A stretch of DNA of 64,000 nucleotides, from NCBI RefSeq assembly GCF_006345805.1, contig NC_043011.1, forward strand, positions 24,006,464-24,070,463, written 5' to 3'. Source of the DNA: Octopus sinensis (lineage: Eukaryota). Numbering within the stretch: the stretch's first letter is position 1; the number at the start of each line of letters is the position of its first letter. The position numbers and the translations under genes are program-made. Below the pieces are notes generated by a model. The model saw only the letters and a program-made list of their open reading frames with translations, did not search any database and was not told the origin of the DNA. This document shows, piece by piece, positions 1 to 10,857 of this stretch.

Positions 1-347
1 CTGAAAATTTAATATCCTCATGCAGTCGAAGATGTCAGAGTGTGATTGAAGCTAAAGGGCTTCACACTAAATATTAAATAATTCCACTATTCTCTGTCAT
101 TTTTTATTATTCTGTTATTTTTTCAACCATTCTGATCATTTTGGCCGCCATGGGTTTTGCAGAAAATCCCTAAATCATCCATAACTTTTGTATTATCCTC
201 TCAAATTACACCAAAATCTCAGACAATAACAATTAACATTGTATTTATTGTCTATGAAAATTATAGAATATAAAACTACTTTGATAAAAACTTATACCTA
301 CTTTTCTGACGAAAACAATGCCATTCTGAACATTTTGGCCGCAACTG
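1..347 (+). mobile_element. 3' end of a Tc1-like DNA transposon (transposase C-terminus plus right TIR)
   Basis: 3-77 translates ENLISSCSRRCQSVIEAKGLHTKY*, a classic Tc1 C-terminus. The element ends ...TTGGCCGCAACTG|TA at 347. A 22-bp direct repeat lies at 127-148 and 321-342. Confidence 0.85.
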
Positions 348-421
348 TATATACATATTCATACACACACAGACACACATATATATATATATATACATAT
401 TCATACACACACACACACACA

Positions 422-452
<31 letters not shown>

Positions 453-484
453 TGCACATATATACACATATACATATATGTATA

Positions 485-878
485 TCTTTATATATAAAAG
501 TGAAGTTGTGTGTCTGTCTCCTACGATTTTGATTCCTAACTACTCCCACATTTTGCGGTGCAGTGTAACCAAAAGCGGGTATCTTATAGTCGTGATACAT
601 ATCGAGCTATTATGGGTATTAGCGCACGTCTACGATGAGTCTACGATTTAAAAAAAATTTACCATCATTTTTTCCCATTTTTAATGCATTTTTTGCTATT
701 ATATAAGGGAAGTAACTCTCTAAAAATGTATTATTAAATCTCAGAACGTAAAAAGCTTCAGTAACACACCCCCTTTGTGGTTAGCCATATTGAGATGGCT
801 ATTATACTTTACATCTCTAAAAATGCTTATATAGTTATTTCCCTTACAAACCCGAGCAACGCCGGGCGATATAGTTAG
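485..878 (+). mobile_element. Non-autonomous Helitron-like element, copy A
   Basis: 5' TCTTTATATATAAAAG; 3' hairpin CCCG-AGCAACGC-CGGG followed by TTAG|T; no TSD; flanked by (TA)n; near-identical to 5964-6249. Confidence 0.75.
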
Positions 879-918
<40 letters not shown>

Positions 919-935
919 CATATATATATATATAG

Positions 936-968
<33 letters not shown>

Positions 969-1094
969 TATATGTATATATATACACATACACACGCATA
1001 TATATATAAATACACACATACATATATATATACATACACATATATATACATATGCATATATATATTACACACACACACACATATATATATATAA

Positions 1095-2780
1095 TAAAAT
1101 AGGGTAATAATAAATTATTATTACCAGTGGCCTAGCACAAAAAACGAATTAGTCATTAGACTATATATTATTCATATAGAAATACAATAAGAGGCTTCCA
1201 AATAGGAAAGTGTTGTGCTAGAAGGAGCAGTAGAAATCTCAAGACCACAAAAAAGGATAAATTCACGAAAGGAATGAAAATTAAAAATGTTTACCATCTC
1301 AACTATTTCCCAGACCACGGTTTCTAACTAATTCCAGCAAAAAAATATTTGCTGAAGGCCAGTTTTCTTCAGTGGGACAGCCTTTAGATTTCAGACATAC
1401 AGACCGCCAGATCCACACGTAGAACTAACGGTTTGTAAATCCTAACTTTTCAAACCACTGCACAGACGCAGATTATACCCGGCGACAGAGAGGATGCCGG
1501 TAAAAATTTCGAACATTTTTGTTCAGAAGGGGTTGTTTAGCTGTAAGTATACCTAGGCGTTCCGATATGCAAAGATCTCAGCGTCTATTTGTTGTGTTAT
1601 AAGAGGTTGTTTTTGTGAGTATACGCCAGTTTAAGCTAAAATCTATTTTTTTATCCTTAAGTCTGCAAATGTATATACTTAGCCCAGTTGAGCTAGCCTT
1701 ATTCCTACTTCTGAAGCTCGATTGGTGTGCATTATATCTGAGATTATAAATTCTTTTAGATAACTGAGAAGAAGAACTACCTATATATATATAAAAAAAG
1801 ACATCGGTACCTGAAGTAATTTTACACTGGTATATAGAGTTTTTAATGTTAGAATTACTTGACATAAACTTAATTCTGTTGGAATTGACTTCAGAGACAA
1901 TAACCTTGTTATTAATATTTCTAGGGGGATGGATGGTATTAGCTAAATGTTAGTATTAGTAAATGGATTCTTATTTAACAGGCTAATATTATGTGAGGAG
2001 ATAATTTATAAGAGATTTTTTTCGTGTGTTGGAAAAACTAATCCTAACCGTGTGCAAGTTGATAATAGAGTAATACCTAGAATTCTTTGGAAAATTCCTA
2101 ATAATAGCTTCCCGAAACTAAAGAAAGATTAGATTTAATTTGCCTCCCATAAGGAATAATCAACCAAATAGTTTTGCTATTAGTTGCCTTATTTTTAGTG
2201 TAACTATCTTTAAAAGACATCAATTTACCTTTAGAATGGAAAAAGGGGTTTAAATAAGGGTTATCTCCCTTCCTCTGTTTGCTGTTGGCATATAATTTAA
2301 AATTGACATCGTTTATATCCTTACAACTAGATTTCATGTCTTCATTAGTAAAAGTAGAATGAGATTGAATGGAATTAATGTAAGTAACTTTATCTGTATA
2401 ACCTGCTCTAAGTAAGGCAGAGTTATAAAATTCAGCCGTGTCATTGAAAATGTCAACAGATAACTTAGACAATCTAAATGAAATACTCTTAACTAAGTTC
2501 CTAGTGATTGCCCTAGAATGATTACTGAATTGGCTAATATACTTAAGATTGGTCGATGGATTATGGTATGCGAAGTACGAATTAAGTGTTATATCTAAAA
2601 AGTTGGCCTTCGTTATATCATCATCAAAAACGATGCCTAAGCCCATTCTATGGAAAAACTTGACTAAACTATTCTTAACCTTTTGTACTTCTTCGTAAGA
2701 AACATTTTGAAGGTAAAGTAAACAATTATCACGATATAGACCTCCACTGGTGCTGGGGTACTGGTCTGCCATTTCCTAAA
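1095..2780 (-). mobile_element. Penelope-like retroelement, 5'-truncated and decayed (RT C-half plus GIY-YIG endonuclease plus 3' pLTR)
   Basis: ORF 2772-2098 has 'GLYRDN' (RT YxDD-like), 'FLDITL' and 'SNH'. ORF 1865-1578 has 'IYQC...YIG..RYNAHQSSF...ST.LS.YI'. It is followed by 'DLCISER..LLNK', the PLE C-terminal Cys motif. Confidence 0.9.
1308..1377 (-). ncRNA. Type I minimal hammerhead ribozyme in the PLE 3' region
   Basis: TCCCA-CTGAAGA-[stem II]-GAAA-C-CGTG-GTC-TGGGA: stem I 5 bp, full catalytic core, GUC triplet; stem II closing pair is an A.A mismatch. Confidence 0.75.
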
Positions 2781-2802
2781 GTATATATATATATACATAT
2801 AA

Positions 2803-3995
2803 ATATATACAGACTAAATCAGCAACTTGTGCTGAATCCGTACTTCCACATCTTAGAAACACACCTTTAATTCATATAAGTGATATCTACCATTATATAT
2901 AATTTAAACATTGATTTTCTTTTTACATTTCACTTTCACTAGATATATCTTTTTCCAAGACTTTAGGGTTTTATTTTATTTACATATCGTTTCATATTTC
3001 TCATTTATTTGGTTTCTGATTTTTCCTTCCTTTACTCCTCCTTTTTCTATAGGCTAAATTGGACATTATATCCTCTAACGATTTTTAAAAAAACAACTTA
3101 ATAGCATTCAGTTCATCACTATACATATCCATCATATTCTGTTAAAATGTCTTATTGAGTTTTATTTCTTCATTTCCCTGAAGAGAAGATTAGATTGTTT
3201 TACACCATTTTATTCTTTTGGAATAATACCAGTGATATCTTCGAAACATGTGTCGGAAGTAAAAAACAAATTGAATAACACATGCGTTTAACTCCATTTA
3301 TTTATTTATATTATACAAAATATTTCACATAAACCTGAAGTCTCTATCTTTATAAACAAGGTGCTACGCCGTTTTTACTTATGCGAATTTTTGCTACCCT
3401 GTTAACTGTTTATCTATTTTTTCCGTGTTAATTGTAAACAAGGGAAAATACAGACATCTATTTATATCTACTTCAACCAGGTTCCATATAGCCTGCTAAT
3501 AAAATAGTTAACGCATATGGAGATATTTAATATAAATGCATCTCTAAAGGATTTACCCATTCCCCCAAAGAATGTTTTCTTTAAGCAACTCGTTAATAAG
3601 ACAAATTCTTTTATTAACCGTATCAGATGGCTCACCTTTTCCTTCAACATCAAGGACATTCAACAGCCATCTAATGATATAACCTCTGAATTTAAGAAAT
3701 TATTTAAATCAAAAAGTATATACATATATACATACATATATATATATACATATACATACATATATATATACATACATATATACATACACATATATACATA
3801 CACATATATACATACATATATACATACACATATATACATACACATATATACATACATATATATATACATATGTATATATATATACATATACATATAGATA
3901 TATATACATACATATATATATACATATATACGTACATATACATACGTATATATACATACGTATATAAACATACCTAATTATACATATATATATAA

Positions 3996-4028
<33 letters not shown>

Positions 4029-4029
4029 A

Positions 4030-4067
<38 letters not shown>

Positions 4068-4145
4068 ATATATACATATATATATACATATACATACATA
4101 TATATATACATATACATACATATATATATATACATATAAATATAT
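2803..4145 (+). mobile_element. Penelope-like 5' end (pLTR with hammerhead plus N-terminus of the ORF), copy 1 of a tandem duplication
   Basis: ORF from 3517 '[38 protein letters not shown]' matches the PLE N-terminal pattern 'NIPIP.K..Y...LI.K...F..RMRWKA.F', truncated into (TA/CA)n. Hammerhead at 3172-3260. Confidence 0.8.
3172..3260 (+). ncRNA. Type I minimal hammerhead ribozyme, core intact
   Basis: Stem I ATTTCC(3172-77)/GGAAGT(3255-60); CTGAAGA 3178-84; stem II GAAGAT/ATCTTC; GAAA 3243-46; 2-bp stem III with palindromic ACATGT; GTC 3252-54. Confidence 0.85.
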
Positions 4146-5333
4146 ACAGACTAAATCAGCAACTTGTGCTGAATCCGTACTTCCACATCTTAGAAACACA
4201 CCTTTAATTCATATAAGTGATATCTACCATTATATATAATTTAAACATTGATTTTCTTTTTACATTTCACTTTCACTAGATATATCTTTTTCCAAGACTT
4301 TAGGGTTTTATTTTATTTACATATCGTTTCATATTTCTCATTTATTTGGTTTCTGATTTTTCCTTCCTTTACTCCTCCTTTTTCTATAGGCTAAATTGGA
4401 CATTATATCCTCTAACGATTTTTAAAAAAACAACTTAATAGCATTCAGTTCATCACTATACATATCCATCATATTCTGTTAAAATGTCTTATTGAGTTTT
4501 ATTTCTTCATTTCCCTGAAGAGAAGATTAGATTGTTTTACACCATTTTATTCTTTTGGAATAATACCAGTGATATCTTCGAAACATGTGTCGGAAGTAAA
4601 AAACAAATTGAATAACACATGCGTTTAACTCCATTTATTTATTTATATTATACAAAATATTTCACATAAACCTGAAGTCTCTATCTTTATAAACAAGGTG
4701 CTACGCCGTTTTTACTTATGCGAATTTTTGCTACCCTGTTAACTGTTTATCTATTTTTTCCGTGTTAATTGTAAACAAGGGAAAATACAGACATCTATTT
4801 ATATCTACTTCAACCAGGTTTCCATATAGCCTGCTAATAAAATAGTTAACGCATATGGAGATATTTAATATAAATGCATCTCTAAAGGATTTACCCATTC
4901 CCCCAAAGAATGTTTTCTTTAAGCAACTCGTTAATAAGACAAATTCTTTTATTAACCGTATCAGATGGCTCACCTTTTCCTTCAACATCAAGGACATTCA
5001 ACAGCCATCTAATGATATAACCTCTGAATTTAAGAAATTATTTAAATCAAAAAGTATATACATATATACATACATATATATATATACATATACATACATA
5101 TATATATACATACATATATACATACACATATATACATACACATATATACATACATATATATACGCACATATACCTACATATATATACATACATATATATA
5201 TACATATGTATATATATATACATATACATATAGATATATATACATACATATATATATATACATATATACGTACATATACATACGTATATATACATACGTA
5301 TATAAACATACCTAATTATACATATATATATAA

Positions 5334-5366
<33 letters not shown>

Positions 5367-5367
5367 A

Positions 5368-5405
<38 letters not shown>

Positions 5406-5480
5406 ATATACATATATATATACATATACATACATATATATATATACATATACATACATATATATATATACATATATATA
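4141..5480 (+). mobile_element. Penelope-like 5' end, copy 2 (direct tandem repeat, period 1337-1338 bp)
   Basis: The unique part is essentially identical to copy 1 (offset 1337; one extra T near 4820 shifts the offset to 1338; ORF starts 3517 vs 4855). Confidence 0.8.
4509..4597 (+). ncRNA. Type I minimal hammerhead ribozyme, identical second copy
   Basis: Same sequence as 3172-3260 at +1337; predicted cleavage after C4591. Confidence 0.85.
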
Positions 5481-5963
5481 TCTATATATATAAAACTGTA
5501 GTTGTGTGAGTGTCTGTCCCCTTCGATTTAGATTCCTAACTACTCCCACATTTTGCGGTGCAGTTTAACCAAATTCGGGTATCTTATAGTCATGATTCAT
5601 ATCGAGCCCGTCTGAGTATTAGCGCGCGTCTACGATGAGTCTACGATTTTAAAAATAATTTAACATCATTTTTTATTCCATTTTAATGCATAATTTTTCA
5701 TGTGTCGATGGCGTCCATGGTCACACCTGCACCTGTTTGCTTCTCCCCCTTCTTCCCTCCCTCGTGAAGCTGTGGAGAAGGGAGTGTAAGGAAATAAAGG
5801 TCGTAAAGCGTTCTTTTAGAACAACGACTTCATGGCTTGAAGACACCAAAACAGAAATGGCTAAGAAAGCCCGAATTGGCATCTATAAGGGAAGTAACTC
5901 TCTAAAAATGCTTATATAGTTATTTCCCTTACAAACCCGAGCAACGCCGGGCGATACTGCTAG
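5481..5963 (+). mobile_element. Non-autonomous Helitron-like element, copy B (with ~190 bp of extra internal sequence)
   Basis: 5' TCTATATATATAAAA; same body as copies A and C; 3' hairpin plus CTAG at 5960-5963. Confidence 0.75.
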
Positions 5964-6249
5964 TCTTTATATATAAAAGTGAAGTTGTGTGTCTGTCTCC
6001 TACGATTTAGATTCCTAACTACTCCCACATTTTGCGGTGCAGTGTAACCAAAAGCGGGTATCTTATAGTCGTGATTCATATCGAGCCCTTCTGGGTATTA
6101 GGGCGCGTCTACGATGAGTCTACGATTAAAAAAAATTTACCATCATTTTCCCCCATTTTTTTGCTATTATATAAGGGAAGTAACTCTCTAAAAATGCTTA
6201 TATAGTTATTTCCCTTACAAACCCGAGCAACGCCGGGCAATACTGCTAG
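5964..6249 (+). mobile_element. Non-autonomous Helitron-like element, copy C (head-to-tail with B)
   Basis: Starts with TC immediately after the CTAG of copy B; ends with hairpin plus CTAG|T at 6249. Confidence 0.78.
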
Positions 6250-6319
6250 TATATATATACATACATATATATATATACATAGACATACATATATACATAC
6301 ATACATATATATACATACA

Positions 6320-7430
6320 AATAGCCATATAAAATCCTATATAGGAGCCACGAAAAACCAAATGGTACTTAGGTACAACGCACACCAATCTAGCTTCAGA
6401 AATAGGCATACGGCAAATTCAACAGGACTTAGTAGCTATATCTGAAGGACAAAAAAAATAGAATACAGGTTAGAATGGCGCATACTTGCAAAAACCACTT
6501 CTTACAACTCTACCAATAGACGATGCCATCTCTGTTTAACCGAACGCAAGGAAATTCTAATGGCTAAACCACCTCTTCTCAATAGAAAATATGAGAACAG
6601 TATTTTTTGTCTTCATATAGGCCTCTGTGTCTTTTCCAAGTATCGGTAAACCCACTGATACTTGACCCTGTACAAATCCTACACTAGCATCTTCATCTAA
6701 ATAATCCCATTTAGCTGGGAACCACTTAAACTACTTACACGCAAACATTCACCTCCCAACCCCCACTCGCTTCACACACCCCATAATAAATTATTATACA
6801 CCCACACAGGGCTTTCTCCATTACTACAAACTTCCTATAACTTTAAGTCTAAAAGACACAAATTCCTTACTTACCTCAGACTGAGTAATCTGGATGGAGT
6901 TAGCTCCCTTTTCACCATGAGTTAAGAGTTAACCTCGTTTCTTTACACCGCTGGCGAAAAGTCTAGCCAGAATAAATATGTGGAAAATATGTGCTTACCT
7001 AAACTTGGGACAACAGATCAGAATAACCTTCATCCTACATCCACTTCACAGCAGAATTATCAACTAAGAAATCTACTATAATATAAGAGTTACCATTCTT
7101 TGTCTTTGTTACCAATGTATCCCTAAGTCTTTCGCTCTTCTTACCTCTACATATGATTCTGTATTCTGATGATGTCTACCACTACAACTGGTAAACAGTA
7201 ACAATCATAAATGTACTATTACTACCACTTTTTTTATTATTAATTAATTAAATTAATGGCTTACTAGCGCAAACGACCAACTTCTTCCTGTTATTTTTCC
7301 TCCATTTTCTTCTTGCATATAATATGGTTTACTCGCTGAATTACCTGCTACGTATACCTCGTACCTAGGAGCAACTTTGTATTTAACCATTACCTTAGAG
7401 GTTTTAAACACCTCTAACTATATCCATATA
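6320..7430 (+). mobile_element. Penelope-like 3' fragment (GIY-YIG C-half plus 3' pLTR with a decayed hammerhead at ~7160-7215)
   Basis: ~6330-6620 translates SYIGATKNQMVLRYNAHQSSFRNRHTANSTGLSSYI*...WRILAKTTSYNSTNRRCHLCLTERKEIL..LLNRK, homologous to 1578-1865. Confidence 0.85.
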
Positions 7431-7536
7431 TATACCTCTAGCGTCTAACGTCTGATCTCTGACTGAAATCAGAACGCCATGTTGAATCGTTAGCTCCTGC
7501 ACGCATTTTTTTCTCTCCTTGTTTCTTTTCTGTGTA

Positions 7537-7574
7537 TCTTTGTGTTGAAGAGCGTAGGCTCGAAACGTAAAAGA
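7537..7574 (+). ncRNA. Hammerhead-like motif with a zero-loop stem III (core mutated)
   Basis: TCTTT-GTGTTGA-A-GAGC gtag GCTC-GAAAC-GTA-AAAGA; stems I and II are intact, and the CUGANGA box carries substitutions. Confidence 0.5.
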
Positions 7575-7808
7575 CTTGTTTTATTTCTATTCCTGAGCGC
7601 CATACTAATACAATTGTTTGTTTGTACTCCACCTGCCTTCGTCTTTTGTTTATTTTCGTAAACCTGCCTTCGTCTTTTGTTTATTTTCGTAAACCTTCCC
7701 GTTATATATATATATTTACATACACATCCATATATATGTATATATACATATTACGGAGATGTACTTGCATAGCAAGTGACTTGATCTGAGATCGTGTGCT
7801 GGAACGAA

Positions 7809-8032
7809 AACAACTGCAGCGTGGAAGGTGTTTATAAGCCATTGAAGAAACACACAAAACCCATTAGATTCACTTCATTTAAATTTAATTTGTCAAAATA
7901 TTTTCGTCACTTTGAGGTCGCGGTCTCAAAGCGACGAAAATATTTTGACAAATTAAATTTAAATGAAGTGAATCTAACGGTTTTTGTGTGTTTCTTCAAT
8001 GGCTTATAAACACCTTCCACGCTGCAATTGTT
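7809..8032. repeat. 224-bp near-perfect palindrome (108-bp arms, 8-nt loop)
   Basis: Arms 7809-7916 and 7925-8032 are reverse complements with only a few mismatches. Confidence 0.95.
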
Positions 8033-8434
8033 ATATATACTTATATATATATATATATACACACACATATATCCATATAAATCCATGTACATATATCCAT
8101 ATGCATACATATATGAGGGCCAGTCAGGCGGCACTGGCAACGGCCACGCTAAAATAGTGATTTTATGTGTCACCTGCAAAGGGGCCATTCCAGTGGCACT
8201 AGCAACGCCTTTACTCGAATGTTGTTTTTCACATACCACCGGTTCAAGTGCCAGGAGGGCGATGCTGTTAACGATCACGTTCGAATGGCGCTTTTTACGT
8301 GCCTCCTGCACGGGGGGGGGGCAGTTGTCGGACCCGGCAACGATCGTGCTCAGGTGGTGCTCTTAGCGCTCCATTAGCATGGATGTCAGTCATGCAGTGC
8401 TGTCATCGAATTTGATTTCAATTTCATATATATA

Positions 8435-8477
<43 letters not shown>

Positions 8478-8865
8478 CCCATATATATTTATACATACAC
8501 ACGTGTATATACACATATACAATTACATATACATACATATATATAGATAGATATAGACATATATACATATACACACATGCAGAGTCAAGTTTTGACTTCT
8601 AATTCCAGCGTGGCAGTATCTCTTAGATACCCTAAATTATAATTTAAATAAGGTTTTTTTTCCCCATGCTGTCCATCTGATAAGATCGGTATTTAAATAT
8701 TGATCCTATCCTTATTTATATAAATATACATACATACATGTACATAGATATATGGAGATACATGTATACAAACATATATACACATATATATATACACACA
8801 CACATATATATAGATATGCATATATATACACACACACACACATATAGATATGCATATATATACAC

Positions 8866-8896
<31 letters not shown>

Positions 8897-9410
8897 ATAT
8901 ATATACATATAATCATATATATATATATATATACATAGGCTTCATTTCCACAAGCACCAGCTTAATTCAATTCATCCTTAGTCGAAAGGCACCTGTTGTT
9001 ATATTTATATTTGTGCAACATTGTCCGTTTTTTACATCCTTGTTTGTGTATACATATGCCCTTAGCTTAGTTTTTCATTGGGGCTGGCCAGATTGAAGCA
9101 ATCTCAAGAATAATCAGCCGAAATTGCGAGGATAATCTGGTGCTTGACTTAAGATAGAAAACTTCGAATGACCAATGCTTGTTTTCTTTGTATCGTCTAT
9201 CTGGATGTTTTGTTGTCCCTTTTTGAATCACCTAGTTGTCCGGATGTTTTGCGTTCTTGTCCCATTTTGTATTTCATATATATATATATACATACATATA
9301 TATATATATATATATAGTGGCGTATGTACACTTTGTTCTCATATATATATATACATACATAAACATATATATATATATACATACATATACACGTATATAC
9401 ACATACATAT

Positions 9411-10434
9411 TGTTATGGTTTGGCTAGTGCAGTATTTCTTGACCCACCTTGTGAATGATTGGCTCCTGCACGTCTGGAAGAAAAGCAACAGCCCTTTGTT
9501 TACTGGAAGAGTAATGGCTTTTTGGAGGGACCTTTGGCCTTGCCGGTCGATTGGGGGTCAGAGAGATGTGAAGTAGTGAGAAAGATAGAGTAAGGAACCT
9601 GAGAGCAGATAGAGAGGATGACAGCAGCAGCGCCGATAAAGATATGGACATAGGACTAGGCGGGATAGAGAGAGTATAAGGCTAAGAGACAGATTGAAGA
9701 TAGAGATAGGCAGTTAGGGCTGAGAGCAGATGGAGAGGGTATGAGCAGTAGAGACAGATTGAGGGGTAGTGATAGAGGGACAGTTGGTATTCGGTCGTCA
9801 AAAGGGGCAGTCGGATTTTGGTTGTCAGGGCAAGCGGTTGGGATGCGAGAGCTTGGCAGGTTGGAGCTAGCAGCACAGAAAGGGATATATACAGAGGAAT
9901 AGCAGCGCTGAGAGAGAGAGAGAGACTACAATATGGGACACTGGCTATTCTAATTAGGAATTAAGGTATTTAATTGTATTGATACGTGCTACGATGTAAA
10001 GAGACTGTAGAAGGAAAAAAGAATTGGTGTATTGAACAGTGAAAAGAACTGAGATAGTGAAATGAACAAAGTGAATTGCTTAAAGACATTTTGTACAGTG
10101 TTGTGATTTGAACATTGTATAATGTCCTTCGAACTGTATATGACTTGTTGTGTCGTTACCGGACTGTTATATTGTTACTTGCATGTTTAAATGCTTTGAT
10201 CTGTTGTATACCTGTATTGATTTGTTGTTTCCTTTAAATGCTTTGATGTTGTAACAATTGATTGTCATAAACTAGTTGTTAAATGTAAGCCAGTTGTTGC
10301 CTTGCCGTTTTGTGTCTCTCTCGGTTGCCTCTCTGTATCTCTGTGCTGCTGCAGTTGTTGTTGTTGTATCTCTCCTCTCTCTGGGTACCGTGGCGAACTT
10401 GCCCGTTCGGGCAAGCGGCGATGGGTGATTCCGT

Positions 10435-10438
<4 letters not shown>
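9411..10438. mobile_element. Probable solo LTR (1028 bp)
   Basis: TGTTATGG...CCGTAACA termini (TG..CA, 7/8 inverted match); identical ACATAT hexamer on both flanks (9405-9410, 10439-10444). Confidence 0.6.
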
Positions 10439-10471
<33 letters not shown>

Positions 10472-10857
10472 TATACACATACATACATATACACACATAT
10501 ATACATACATATATTTATATATATATTATAGGGTCAGGCCGACCAAAGCTTTGTGAGTGGATTTCATAACACGGAAACTGAAAGAAGGCTGTCATATATG
10601 TTTGTACATTTGTGTGAGAGTATGTGTACCCCCAGCATTACTTGAGAACCAATGTTGCTGTGTTTACATCCCTGGAACATAGCTGTTCGGCAAAAGTTTC
10701 TGATAGAATAAGTACTAGGCTTACAAAAATGAAATTCTGGGCCCGATTTTATTGACTAAAGGCAGTGCTGCAACATGGCAGCAGTCACATGACTAAAACA
10801 AGTAAAACAATTAAAAGACTATGCCATTTTAATCTTGAGTGTCTCTGCTAATATATA

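Noticed and set aside
239-1080. Many 60-215 aa ORFs rich in Y/I/C/V/M/H/T (also at 3660-5549, 8386-9427, 22173-22457, 27700-28355)
   Set aside because: They are translations of (TA)n/(CA)n/(TACA)n microsatellites, which lack stops in some frames.
3247-3286. Alternative long stem III for the 3172 hammerhead (CATGTGT/ACACATG)
   Set aside because: It would place GCG at the cleavage triplet and leave no stem I. The minimal fold with GTC at 3252-54 and stem I ATTTCC/GGAAGT fits all consensus positions.
9075-9130. GGCTG...CAGCC-GAAA stem suggestive of a hammerhead
   Set aside because: The CUGANGA box is unrecognisable and there is no NUH or stem I.
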